Below, one piece after another: positions 1 through 8,804 of a DNA stretch of 39,214 bases. Position 1 is the stretch's first letter, and the number at the start of each line of letters is the position of its first letter. Under the pieces are notes generated by a model that was given only the letters and a program-made list of their open reading frames with translations, was not told where the DNA came from and searched no databases. The translations under genes and the position numbers were made by a program. Origin of the DNA: a virus (taxonomy: Duplodnaviria; Caudoviricetes). The stretch covers positions 1 to 39,214 of IMG/VR virus record IMGVR_UViG_3300027818_000001, one strand, 5' to 3'.

Positions 1-127
1 AAGAAGTATGTCGGCTTTCATCTTTTCGAGTTCATCTCGTTTTATGGCGTCTGCCTGTACAATACCCCCAGCCGGCTCTTTTTCTTTAGCCAGCTTTTCA
101 AGTAACCCATGCAAGTCAGTTACTTGT
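1..127. repeat. Exact 127-bp terminal direct repeat, left copy (circular assembly overlap)
   Basis: Identical to 39088-39214; the capsid ORF reads through the junction in frame. Confidence 0.95.
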
Positions 128-156
128 TTCTGTAATTCTTCTAATTTAACGTCCAT
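1..156 (-). CDS. 5' end of the major capsid protein gene (continues across the circular junction to 38077)
   Basis: ATG at 156 after a G-rich RBS; MDVKLEELQKQVTD joins LHGLLEKLAKE of the 38077-39201 ORF, giving about 388 aa. Confidence 0.88.
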   Translation of the reverse strand, partial: MDVKLEELQKQVTDLHGLLEKLAKEKEPAGGIVQADAIKRDELEKMKADILL

Positions 157-165
157 CAGTCCCCC

Positions 166-1077
166 CTATTTTTTCACCAAGCCGGTAATTCCGGCATGGA
201 GTTCTTTTATTTTTTTCTGTAATTCATTGATTGCTTTATCGTTTTCAATCTCTAATTCAAGTCCTTTAATCTGTTCGTCAATCTCTGATTCAACCCGCCG
301 CAATTCTTTCGCGCGCTGCAGTTCGTCAAGCCGTCCATATTTTTCTTTTAACTCACTGCTGAAATCATAATCCGCCTGCCCAGGCCCTGGTCTTTCAGCC
401 CTTCTCATCTGCCCGCCACATTCAGGACATTTTAAATCTTTGCAATGAGATTCTGATTCCATTTTATGCCCGCAATCAATACACTCGCATTGATAAGTCG
501 TTTTCTGGACAATAAATCCGGGAAATAACTTTGCGTATGAAATAACATAACTTTTCTGCACAAGGTCAAGCATATCCGGCGATTTTAACGCTTCGGCATT
601 TGCCGGTATGTTCACCGCTGATATTTCAAGCAATTCCATAGACTTGTATTCAATCCCGCGCCGCACAACCGTTGTTGTATCGCTTTTACCTGTATCCTCT
701 GGATTTTGTTCTGGTTCAATTTCTTTCCATTCGATAGGGTCAAACCGCACAGAAAATGCCCGTAAAAACCCGCCCTTGAACATCCTGAATACCTGCTCCG
801 CGAATGGATTCTCTTCCGCCGTCGCAAACTGCGGTCGGAATATCATCTTGCCTTCGGTTATATTTATTTCTTTTGCCTTCGCTATCGGCAACGCAAATGC
901 GTCGTGTCCCCATAATACTACGGGATTCTTACGGTAATTCTTTAATTTCCAGCCATTTGCCCGCAGTATATCCCCGTCCCTATCCTTGCTTTCTGTTGAA
1001 GCAACCGCCGTGAATGCCCGCTCTTTTTCAGAAAAATCTTTTAACTCGCAATCGTATAGTTTATGTACCGCTTGCAT
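166..1077 (-). CDS. HK97-family prohead protease with Zn-ribbon insert and C-terminal coiled coil
   Basis: Motifs DRDGD, NPVVLWGH, AFSVRF, ELLEISAVNIPAN; between portal and capsid genes; RBS AGGGAGGGAG favours ATG 1077 over 1167. Confidence 0.9.
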   Translation of the reverse strand: MQAVHKLYDCELKDFSEKERAFTAVASTESKDRDGDILRANGWKLKNYRKNPVVLWGHDAFALPIAKAKEINITEGKMIFRPQFATAEENPFAEQVFRMFKGGFLRAFSVRFDPIEWKEIEPEQNPEDTGKSDTTTVVRRGIEYKSMELLEISAVNIPANAEALKSPDMLDLVQKSYVISYAKLFPGFIVQKTTYQCECIDCGHKMESESHCKDLKCPECGGQMRRAERPGPGQADYDFSSELKEKYGRLDELQRAKELRRVESEIDEQIKGLELEIENDKAINELQKKIKELHAGITGLVKK

Positions 1078-1088
1078 TTTGTTCTCCC

Positions 1089-1157
1089 TCCCTGTTGATA
1101 AATTTATTTCCCTGTTTCCGTCTGGCAATAATATCTGCGCCCAATTTTCATCCCTGT
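1089..1157 (-). promoter_or_regulatory. Three ACAGGGA repeats in the protease leader, the last overlapping the RBS
   Basis: tccctgt on + strand at 1089-1095, 1109-1115 and 1151-1157. Confidence 0.4.
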
Positions 1158-1167
1158 ATGTATTCAT

Positions 1168-1222
1168 AAAATAAAAAAACCCCAGCGCGTAAATGCCGAT
1201 GAAAGCGTTTACGCATCTGGGG
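1168..1222 (-). terminator. Long hairpin plus U-tract upstream of the protease/capsid genes
   Basis: Minus strand CCCCAG-A-TGCGTAAA...TTTACGCG-CTGGGG followed by TTTTTTTATTTT. Confidence 0.7.
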
Positions 1223-1246
1223 CTAAAGTTCTTTTATACCCGTTAT

Positions 1247-1402
1247 TTAGCTGTTTAAATGCTCAATTTTCAAACTTTTCTCCTCGATAATATGCACAAC
1301 CTGCCCTTCATTAAACACAATTATTACTTTCCCGAAATACTGCGCGTCAAGTTTTTTCATTAGGTACATAACCAGCGCGCGTTTCATTTCGTCAAGTGTC
1401 AT
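1247..1402 (-). CDS. 51-aa DUF2292/YezD-like small protein (not in the ORF track)
   Basis: Hand translation MTLDEMKRALVMYLMKKLDAQYFGKVIIVFNEGQVVHIIEEKSLKIEHLNS; ATGA overlap with the upstream gene. Confidence 0.7.
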   Translation of the reverse strand: MTLDEMKRALVMYLMKKLDAQYFGKVIIVFNEGQVVHIIEEKSLKIEHLNS

Positions 1403-1611
1403 GTCTCATCAACCGTTTTCCCGGGGATATGTATTACTATTCCGGGTTTTTTCTCAATATTAAAATTCATATCCAGCATAATACAATTTTTCTGGTCGCT
1501 TCTATGGTCGGGATATTCCCATCGTTTGTCAGAATATACAAAAAATGGATTATTTACTATTATGTCAATCAATGTCATTACCTGTTCTTTAGTGTATAAT
1601 TTTTCGTGCAT
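1399..1611 (-). CDS. Hypothetical protein
   Basis: TAATG-coupled to the portal stop; GGAGGTG RBS. Confidence 0.65.
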   Translation of the reverse strand: MHEKLYTKEQVMTLIDIIVNNPFFVYSDKRWEYPDHRSDQKNCIMLDMNFNIEKKPGIVIHIPGKTVDET

Positions 1612-3737
1612 TATTCACCTCCGCCCTCGTCGACTACCGCTATAATCGAACATCTGCAATTCACAACCTGTGCGGGGTCTGAACCACCGCCAGGGGCAAG
1701 CATACTGTCCCCGCCAACAATAAACATCTCATCAAGTCCGATAGCGTGCTTTTCATCATATTCGTTGCCCGCCTGTAAATGCTCATCCCGCACCCTGTCA
1801 TCATGCGTAGCAAGCCACGCCTTCTTTTCAGCGCCAACCTGCCTGTATGCTTCAAGCGCGCCCCTGTTGCACGTGCCGATGACTTCTGTGCGTGCAATAC
1901 GCTCCGCTTTGTACCCTGCATCTGTATACGGCTGAAATGTTTCCTTCACCCGTTTTGTTAATTCAGGGATACCTTCGCCTGCATTAATGCCCTCAATAAG
2001 CGTATTCTTAACAGCTTCCCGCGCGCTCCCGATAACCTCTTTTGATTTTTCAAGTCCGTATTTTGCAAGGTATTCCTGTACTCGCGGATTCTGTAAATCA
2101 AATGCTATGCCCATGCCGAGATTGCTCAATTCCCTATCCCCGTTCGCTTTCATTGCGTATTCATGCACCCGCCGCGATTGTTTTAGCCACCGCTCAATCT
2201 CTTCATCCTCGTCGAAAATAAATGTTTCAACTCTTATATCTTTATCAATGGATTTCGGCGAATTCATCCGCCTTAATATCCCCAACTCTAACCCAAGAAA
2301 ATACGTGCTTATTATTTGCATATACCGCCGCTCAATCATCGCCGCCAGCCGGTCAAACTGTTTCCATAGCTCTTTTTTAATCTCTTTCGTATAAATTATG
2401 GATTTCAGTTTTTTCATTTTCCCTTCTTCTTCTTCCTCGTCCTCGTTTGACTGCACTTCCGGCGATTCTGGCGTTATACTGTTCTCGGCAACCATATCCA
2501 CCGGCTGCAAACTGAATGGCAGGTAACCAATGTCCCCGCCTTCTATTTCAGGGAATCCGAGATTCAACCGCTGATTCACAATATTAAACGGTATCCCCAT
2601 GTTAAAATATATCTGTGCTGTCTGCGCCTTTTGTGTCTCGTTTTCCTTCAATGCTTCTTCATTTGATACATCAAATTCAAAGTACATATTTTTGTCATAT
2701 AATTGCGCCAATGACGTGATATACGCATTGATACGTTGTAATTTCGGGATGATATTAAAAAAGAAAAATACTTTTAACGCCGTCTCATAATTGCTGTAGC
2801 TTGAATTATCAAGTATGCCTACCAGCACCGGCGGGACACCATGCACGGCGCATATATCTTCACGGCTTAATTTTATCCCGTTGATATACTCCAAGTCCTG
2901 CATATTCCCCGCAATGAGATGATATTTTAACCCTTTCTCAAGTATCGGCGTGGTATGCGCATTATCAGCACCCGCGTACCGCTGATTAAATTGTTTTTTT
3001 ACCCGCTCAAAAACCCGCTCGCTTAATTCCTGCTCACTCTCAAGATATGCGTCAATTTTCGCACCGTTCTTGAACATATTCAGATTTGTTTTCTGCGCTT
3101 CTTTTATCACGTCAATCGAATATAATGCAGGATTCAATGAGGATGCGCCGTAAAAATAATTGTCTGGCGACATATATTGAAAATGAAGTATCTCTTCTGG
3201 CGTGTATTCAATATCCTTGCCGCTGCCTGCCCGAAATTTATACCCGCTTACCATGCCAGCGCTCTCGCCGGGGATAACACGCATTTGCGCGGTCATTAGA
3301 TTCATTAATCCGCGCGGACGTTTCGGAGTTCCATATAATTCATCTTTTAACCAATACGCATTGCCCAGCAATTCAAGATTAGCGCACGTCCATTCCATCA
3401 GATTATAAAACGTAGAAACCTGCGCGTCTCTATTCGGTTTCTCAATCAATGTTTCAAAATCGTTATTTGTAACAACCTCTTTTTCTTGTTTACCCTTTTT
3501 AATTTTCCATTTGAACAGCCGCCACGGTAACCCAGCAATCGTATTCGATATGAGATACACGCACGCATATATCCAAACTTCATTTGCATACGCCGTAACA
3601 TTTTTTGAGTAATTTTCCGGAGTAGATGCGCCATAGGTAGGAATAAATATTTTATTAGCTATCGCCTGCGCCAGCTCTACCATGCGTGATGATTTCTCAT
3701 ATCCTGCAAACTTCATTATTTTGTCAATTATTTTCAT
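1611..3737 (-). CDS. HK97-family portal protein fused to a Mu gpF/SPP1 gp7 head morphogenesis domain
   Basis: Portal motifs (IYACVYLISNTIAGLP, LLGNAYW, EILHF, GVPPVLVG, SYSN), acidic linker, then RIARTE, WLATHDDRVRDEH and NCRC of the F/gp7 family. Confidence 0.92.
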   Translation of the reverse strand: MKIIDKIMKFAGYEKSSRMVELAQAIANKIFIPTYGASTPENYSKNVTAYANEVWIYACVYLISNTIAGLPWRLFKWKIKKGKQEKEVVTNNDFETLIEKPNRDAQVSTFYNLMEWTCANLELLGNAYWLKDELYGTPKRPRGLMNLMTAQMRVIPGESAGMVSGYKFRAGSGKDIEYTPEEILHFQYMSPDNYFYGASSLNPALYSIDVIKEAQKTNLNMFKNGAKIDAYLESEQELSERVFERVKKQFNQRYAGADNAHTTPILEKGLKYHLIAGNMQDLEYINGIKLSREDICAVHGVPPVLVGILDNSSYSNYETALKVFFFFNIIPKLQRINAYITSLAQLYDKNMYFEFDVSNEEALKENETQKAQTAQIYFNMGIPFNIVNQRLNLGFPEIEGGDIGYLPFSLQPVDMVAENSITPESPEVQSNEDEEEEEGKMKKLKSIIYTKEIKKELWKQFDRLAAMIERRYMQIISTYFLGLELGILRRMNSPKSIDKDIRVETFIFDEDEEIERWLKQSRRVHEYAMKANGDRELSNLGMGIAFDLQNPRVQEYLAKYGLEKSKEVIGSAREAVKNTLIEGINAGEGIPELTKRVKETFQPYTDAGYKAERIARTEVIGTCNRGALEAYRQVGAEKKAWLATHDDRVRDEHLQAGNEYDEKHAIGLDEMFIVGGDSMLAPGGGSDPAQVVNCRCSIIAVVDEGGGE

Positions 3738-3747
3738 GTATTATCCC

Positions 3748-4953
3748 CTACACAAACCTAATTTCGATTTCTCCCTGCCCCAGCGAGTGCGTATAGACTG
3801 CATACCGTATCGCGTCCATAGCGTGATCGTTAAATTTAACAGGGGTATCGAGCACAACACCGTTTTTGTTTTCTTTCCATTTGTAACATTGACGCTCTTT
3901 GTTAACATTGATATTTTCCGCTCTCGTATGGAATACTTTTCTTTTGCAATAATCAATCCCGTCATTCACCGATTTGTCAGATGGTGCGATATTAAACCCC
4001 GCGCCGCTTATCTCTTCAATCCTTGCTGGCTCTGCTGTATCCCCGTATATATTCCGGTCCCTGTGCTTTTCAGGGATTATATCTTTCATTAACTCAATTA
4101 ACTGCTGATTCGTTAAATGTGTTTGATATATTTTTTCTGTCAACCATATTTCCTGATCCTTGTAGGCAATTTCTATCAACGCCGTCGGATTATTAAAGCC
4201 AAAATCAAGCCCGTATATTACTTCATCAAACTCTTTCGGATATTCTGTATCAACAATATACGGCTGGTAAATAATGTTCTGTAATGAACCCCATAATCCA
4301 AGCCCGTATATCCGCCAGTAATTCGGGTCTTCTGCTTCCAGCCCTTCAAGGATATTAACATATTCTTTGTCAAGGAACGGATTGTCTTTATACGATGAAT
4401 ATATAACCGTTAAACTCTTTGCTTCCGCGTATCTTTGATTTAAAATTATTTTTTGGTTTATCCACGTCAATTCATCGTTCGGGTTTAAACTAAAAAATAT
4501 CTGATTCGGCTGCCCTTTAATCGTTTTTCCCGATAACCTTGTTTCAAGTATGATAAACTCATTCCAGTTAAATTCGTTCGATTCTTCAAGCCAGATATAA
4601 TTCCATTCGGATGATTTTATCTTTTCAGGGTCGTCTATGCTAATAAATAACATAAAATTTCCCTGATACTTGATTGTGTTCTCTGATTTGTTATGCTCAA
4701 CCTTGTTATATATCCCGTACTCTTTCAACAAATCAATAATCAGTTTATACGCTGTCAGTCGTAAAGAAGGCATTGTTTTCCGAGTAATAAGAAACTTTTT
4801 GCCTCGTTCGTTGACTAACTTTTCAATGAGCAGTTGCGCTATACTATGGCTTTTTGAGCTTCTCGCCCCGCCGACGTTAATAACATACCGGCTTTTACTT
4901 TCCCGTGTCTTCCGGTATATTTCTGTTGTTTCTATTTGTCTTATGCGAGACAT
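3748..4953 (-). CDS. terL: Terminase large subunit (PBSX-like)
   Basis: Walker A GGARSSKS, Walker B WLEE, SLNP, nuclease motifs GLDFGF and DHAMDAIRY. Confidence 0.95.
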   Translation of the reverse strand: MSRIRQIETTEIYRKTRESKSRYVINVGGARSSKSHSIAQLLIEKLVNERGKKFLITRKTMPSLRLTAYKLIIDLLKEYGIYNKVEHNKSENTIKYQGNFMLFISIDDPEKIKSSEWNYIWLEESNEFNWNEFIILETRLSGKTIKGQPNQIFFSLNPNDELTWINQKIILNQRYAEAKSLTVIYSSYKDNPFLDKEYVNILEGLEAEDPNYWRIYGLGLWGSLQNIIYQPYIVDTEYPKEFDEVIYGLDFGFNNPTALIEIAYKDQEIWLTEKIYQTHLTNQQLIELMKDIIPEKHRDRNIYGDTAEPARIEEISGAGFNIAPSDKSVNDGIDYCKRKVFHTRAENINVNKERQCYKWKENKNGVVLDTPVKFNDHAMDAIRYAVYTHSLGQGEIEIRFV

Positions 4954-5287
4954 ATTCAATTCTTAACGGTTCATCCATTGAATGCTCAATGCTTACTTTT
5001 GGTTTGCCAAAAATATATTCTATGTACGGCTGGATATATGAAAAATTGCCTGATTTTAACCATTCAAGTATTGCCTTTGCTATGCCTAAATCTTTAATAC
5101 AAGTTTGCGGATTCTGTATTAATTCTTGCAACTGCGGTTTTATCATTCGCAACATTTTCGAAAATTCAAGAGTTAATTCGGTGCGCTCAATCTCTCTTAT
5201 TTGTTTTATTATCGGGTCAAGTTTGGGCGCACCCCTTCTATTTATTCTTTTATCGCCTTTTTTAAAATCACCTTTTGTATTGCTCAT
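4895..5287 (-). CDS. terS: Terminase small subunit (putative)
   Basis: N-terminal FKKG...N..G.PK motif; directly upstream of and overlapping terL. Confidence 0.72.
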   Translation of the reverse strand: MSNTKGDFKKGDKRINRRGAPKLDPIIKQIREIERTELTLEFSKMLRMIKPQLQELIQNPQTCIKDLGIAKAILEWLKSGNFSYIQPYIEYIFGKPKVSIEHSMDEPLRIEYVSHKTNRNNRNIPEDTGK

Positions 5288-5305
5288 AATGCTGTTATTC
5301 TGCTG

Positions 5306-5521
5306 TTATTTCGATTTTGAAAATCCCGAATAATCTTTACAATCTAAAAGCTCAAGCCCTTTCCTGCTTACCCAGAGCGCAACCTGCCCCAGCCGATTCC
5401 GTTTGATTTCGCCATTGCCAATACGTTTCAATTCTTTTTCAAGCCAAACCTTAAACCAGACTGCGCCGTATTCGGTGTTAATAGTTCTACGGGGATTTTC
5501 AAAAAGTGTGCATTGGATCAT
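5306..5521 (-). CDS. Hypothetical protein
   Basis: ATG just after the TAG of the upstream gene; fits the gene tiling. Confidence 0.6.
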   Translation of the reverse strand: MIQCTLFENPRRTINTEYGAVWFKVWLEKELKRIGNGEIKRNRLGQVALWVSRKGLELLDCKDYSGFSKSK

Positions 5522-5522
5522 A

Positions 5523-5705
5523 CTACTTGCCTTCTTTTTCAATAGTAATATTTAGGTTGCACTTTTGATATTCATCAAGTCCAAGTCTGATTAATTTAAG
5601 ATATTCAGGATTCGAAAATTGAAAAGTAATTTTTCCGCCGCCGTCAACCTGCGGGAATTTTCCGAGAATGGGATTCTGCGCTATGAAGCGTATTGTATCA
5701 GCCAT
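5523..5705 (-). CDS. Hypothetical protein, possibly leaderless
   Basis: 60-aa ORF whose ATG lies 8 nt downstream of a candidate -10 box; no SD. Confidence 0.6.
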   Translation of the reverse strand: MADTIRFIAQNPILGKFPQVDGGGKITFQFSNPEYLKLIRLGLDEYQKCNLNITIEKEGK

Positions 5706-5712
5706 TAATCAA

Positions 5713-5741
5713 CATATACAATACTTTCTTTTAAATGTCAA
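5713..5741 (-). promoter_or_regulatory. sigma70-type promoter upstream of the packaging/late genes
   Basis: TTGACA (5741-5736), 17 nt, TATATG; T-rich upstream tract; intergenic. Confidence 0.55.
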
Positions 5742-5757
5742 GAAAAAAATCACTCAA

Positions 5758-5958
5758 TCAGATTTTTTCAATAATAACATTTTCAAACTTACATTTCGGG
5801 CAGCCCTTATAACGTGAACCCAGCCGCCACATACTGTAAATTAATCCCGGGACTAAAAAGCAGCACCATAGCGCAAGCTCAACAAGCGTTGACCCCTTCG
5901 TGTAAGTCTTTGTTTCTGCGCCTTCGTAATGACATAACGGACACGTTACTTTTCTCAT
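5758..5958 (-). CDS. Small membrane-anchored Zn-ribbon protein (LITAF-like layout)
   Basis: CPLC, hydrophobic segment VELALWCCFLVPGLIYSMW, then CPKC. Confidence 0.7.
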   Translation of the reverse strand: MRKVTCPLCHYEGAETKTYTKGSTLVELALWCCFLVPGLIYSMWRLGSRYKGCPKCKFENVIIEKI

Positions 5959-6179
5959 ACAACCCCCTTTATTTTTTTCTTTTTCCTTAATTCCGCGAAC
6001 TGTGGTTCGCTTTCCTTTTCGATGTATTCAAGTTCAAGATATTCTAAAATCAATTTAATAACATTGTTTATCTTATCTATTCTTTCAGAATACAATACTT
6101 TTGTTGAGAACAGACCGCCGTGATAAGGTATTTCATAAGAATCGCATTCTAAATATTTTCTCAATTCCTTGTCTTTCAT
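5955..6179 (-). CDS. Hypothetical protein
   Basis: GGGGG RBS before ATG 6179; ATGA overlap with the next gene. Confidence 0.6.
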   Translation of the reverse strand: MKDKELRKYLECDSYEIPYHGGLFSTKVLYSERIDKINNVIKLILEYLELEYIEKESEPQFAELRKKKKIKGVV

Positions 6180-6249
6180 GGTTTCCCCCATCCTTTCTCG
6201 TTTTAAATTCATGAGTAGTTTTTAATACTCCAACGGTTATCCTGTAATG

Positions 6250-6420
6250 TCAAGTTTTTTCTTGGAATATTTTATAGAATTCATCCAATGACATTGCTTT
6301 TTGTGTTATTGGTTCATCTATTGATTTATTTAATTTTTTAAGACTTCTGCCATCAATATGCACTCTTGTTTTATTGCCATTTGGGAATACAAAACATAAC
6401 GGATATTTTTTATCTTTCAT
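6250..6420 (-). CDS. 56-aa hypothetical protein (not in the ORF track)
   Basis: GGAGGTG RBS; MKDKKYPLCFVFPNG...IFQEKT. Confidence 0.55.
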   Translation of the reverse strand: MKDKKYPLCFVFPNGNKTRVHIDGRSLKKLNKSIDEPITQKAMSLDEFYKIFQEKT

Positions 6421-6838
6421 TTTTCACCTCCCCTGATAACGTCGGCATTCCAGCACCCTTTATCCCGTTTCGAATCATATCAGATTCTCTCTGTTTCGGT
6501 GTATATTCTTTTGCTCTTTTTTCTAATGATTTTAATTTTTCCTCTTCTGTTTGCGGCGATTCCTTTTTTGCTTTCTTTGATTTTTCCTGCTCCGCCGCCT
6601 GTTGCTGCGCATACTGAATCAATGCTTCCAACTGCAACAACCGGTATTTATTATTTAAGATGACCTGCTCGTATTGGTTCAACCGCTCAATGATTTCATC
6701 TTTCTCTTTTTGGAATTGCGCCAGGTCAGCTTTGAAATCGCCTGCACGAATATGTATCCGAAAAGCAATCAAAGCCAAAATACCTAAAATCATTACAAAC
6801 ATTAACAGCTGAAATAACGTCATTCCTTCTTTGTTCAT
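6410..6838 (-). CDS. Membrane-anchored coiled-coil protein with prepilin-like N-terminus
   Basis: MNKEG|MTLFQLLMFVMILGILALIAF resembles the class III signal G|FTLIELL. Confidence 0.6.
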   Translation of the reverse strand: MNKEGMTLFQLLMFVMILGILALIAFRIHIRAGDFKADLAQFQKEKDEIIERLNQYEQVILNNKYRLLQLEALIQYAQQQAAEQEKSKKAKKESPQTEEEKLKSLEKRAKEYTPKQRESDMIRNGIKGAGMPTLSGEVKNER

Positions 6839-7044
6839 ACATCCCCCCTCTGATAATTTATTTTTCTGCTTTTCCTCGCAATCCGATTTCTGATATTCCG
6901 TTTGTTCCTTAACTTCGCTTTGTAATACTCAAACCGCAACTCTACGGGGTCACGCTTGACGGGCAAAGGTTTCGGTAGTTCAATAGTCTTCTGTATCGGA
7001 CTTGCTTTATCGGGCTTAAAAAACTTTTTTATGAAATCAAACAT
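6835..7044 (-). CDS. Basic hypothetical protein
   Basis: Coupled start/stop overlaps on both sides. Confidence 0.6.
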   Translation of the reverse strand: MFDFIKKFFKPDKASPIQKTIELPKPLPVKRDPVELRFEYYKAKLRNKRNIRNRIARKSRKINYQRGDV

Positions 7045-7226
7045 TATTTCATTCCTTTTTCTATTCTCATTTTCATCAGCTGGTTTATGATGTGCATTTC
7101 CCCGTTAGCAAAATCAAGCTGCCGCTGTGCCGAATTTTCAATATTTCTTACTTTCACTCCCCATACATTCATGAACAAAAATGCAAGAGCAGCACCAAAT
7201 AACATCCCGACAAATAAATCTTTCAT
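7044..7226 (-). CDS. Small protein with N-terminal transmembrane segment
   Basis: LFVGMLFGAALAFLFM; coupled overlaps. Confidence 0.6.
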   Translation of the reverse strand: MKDLFVGMLFGAALAFLFMNVWGVKVRNIENSAQRQLDFANGEMHIINQLMKMRIEKGMK

Positions 7227-7444
7227 TTCCCGTTCACCACCCTTTCATAAACAATTAATTTCACAATATCAATATTCTTGCTCAACCGCTCGCCTGCGAT
7301 TTCCGTCATATACCCCCGCCGGATAAAGTCTGCACGCTTTAAGATTAAATCATCTAAAGACTCGGGAAGCGGATTGATAATCCTGATACAATCAACAACT
7401 TTTTTATCCGGTTTTTCTTCTAACAAATCTTGGTTTATTGACAT
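7223..7444 (-). CDS. Hypothetical protein
   Basis: Tiles between neighbours with overlaps. Confidence 0.55.
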   Translation of the reverse strand: MSINQDLLEEKPDKKVVDCIRIINPLPESLDDLILKRADFIRRGYMTEIAGERLSKNIDIVKLIVYERVVNGK

Positions 7445-7797
7445 GAATTAAGAGACTCCAATTCTTTAAGTCTTTCCTGCATTTCTTCAATTGACCATTT
7501 TTTGTGTTTATTTGATTTTAGAATCAATGCCGCAAATCGTTCATCACCCAGCGTCTTTTGCACCCAGCTCGCAAATTCAAGCGGATTTCGGTGCGCCCAG
7601 AAGAAGTGGCATCCTACGCACATACAAAAGGCATTATCATCATACCACCGTATAGACATTTTTGCACGAGAATAAGCATGAGCGCAATTAAGATGTTCTG
7701 CTTTTCCGCAACGCTGGCAGACTCCCGCGCGCTTGATATGTTTTGCGAAAGCTATATCAAGTTTTTTAATCAAATAACTTTTTGTCGGTTTTTTCAT
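7435..7797 (-). CDS. NinG/Rap-like HNH-type recombination endonuclease
   Basis: KKLD..F, CQRC, CAH..SR, IRW...NA...C..CH pattern. Confidence 0.75.
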   Translation of the reverse strand: MKKPTKSYLIKKLDIAFAKHIKRAGVCQRCGKAEHLNCAHAYSRAKMSIRWYDDNAFCMCVGCHFFWAHRNPLEFASWVQKTLGDERFAALILKSNKHKKWSIEEMQERLKELESLNSCQ

Positions 7798-7807
7798 ACC
7801 CACCCCC

Positions 7808-8164
7808 TCATTTTTTGTCTATTCGTTTATACTCATATAATAAATTCGGCTTAGGAAGACAACCCTCATAAAGTATTTCTGGTTTTATATTTTTTGATTT
7901 CATAATTTCATACAATTTATCAGCCGCTTTTTTTAAATTATCTAAGTAATCATCAGCATCGACTTGAAAATATATTGCCCTTCTTTTAATTCTATTGTAT
8001 TTACTTTTTAACCCGATAGTTGACATAGTCGCCTTTGTGTTACCTGATAGATTTTCAAGCATATTATTATAATCGCGTAATTTAATAAACCACAAATAAC
8101 AATGATATTTTTTATTCACATACGCATAAAGCTTTTTAGTATTTTTCTCAATTCTATCATCCAT
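7808..8164 (-). CDS. Hypothetical protein
   Basis: GAGGGG RBS; about 118 aa. Confidence 0.6.
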   Translation of the reverse strand: MDDRIEKNTKKLYAYVNKKYHCYLWFIKLRDYNNMLENLSGNTKATMSTIGLKSKYNRIKRRAIYFQVDADDYLDNLKKAADKLYEIMKSKNIKPEILYEGCLPKPNLLYEYKRIDKK

Positions 8165-8172
8165 GCTTCCCC

Positions 8173-8583
8173 TCACAATTTCTCGACTGCCTGTTTTAAA
8201 ACTTCACGATAATATTCTAAAGAATATACTCTGCCACTCTTTGGGGTTTCATCAATCGTCTTGATGAAAAGGGATCTGAAATCCATTTTTAATTGATCCA
8301 TAGCATATTGTCGTTCATTACCGCCGATAGCACATCCAAAATATGTTTCATTATAATTTTTAATAACTGTATCAAGCCTCGACTCTTTCCCTGGTTCTGG
8401 CTTTAGTTCTTCTGCCTGTTTAACCCATTGTTCAATCGTCTTTACCATTACCTGCCCACCAACTTCCATGCGAACCACATGACCGTCAAGAACCTCTAAC
8501 TTCGGTGAATAATAATCATGACCGAAACGGAATAAAACTGTTTTTCCTGTTTTAGCTTCTGTACCCTCATTTTCAATTTTCAT
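8173..8583 (-). CDS. Hypothetical protein
   Basis: GGGAGGGAG RBS; ATGA overlap. Confidence 0.65.
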   Translation of the reverse strand: MKIENEGTEAKTGKTVLFRFGHDYYSPKLEVLDGHVVRMEVGGQVMVKTIEQWVKQAEELKPEPGKESRLDTVIKNYNETYFGCAIGGNERQYAMDQLKMDFRSLFIKTIDETPKSGRVYSLEYYREVLKQAVEKL

Positions 8584-8804
8584 TCTCCCTCCCTCAATAA
8601 TTTCATATATTGCTTTTTACTCCCTTTTAGTTTAACAGCGTTTTGTTCTAAAATCGTTGTTTTTCTCCCGTTGAGTTGAATTATTTTAAAGCTCTTTGAG
8701 TCTTTCCATTTACCAAAACCATAAACGATACCAGTACACGGGATACCGGACACACGGTCACCTTTGGTTGTTGTGATAACATCATGTAGTTTTATTTCTT
8801 TCAT
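8580..8804 (-). CDS. Hypothetical basic protein
   Basis: ATGA overlap with the upstream gene; GGAG/GGGAG RBS. Confidence 0.6.
   Translation of the reverse strand: MKEIKLHDVITTTKGDRVSGIPCTGIVYGFGKWKDSKSFKIIQLNGRKTTILEQNAVKLKGSKKQYMKLLREGE

Noticed and set aside
6225-6253. Promoter at the TTGACA near 6250
   Set aside because: No convincing -10 at 16-19 nt, and it overlaps a stop codon.
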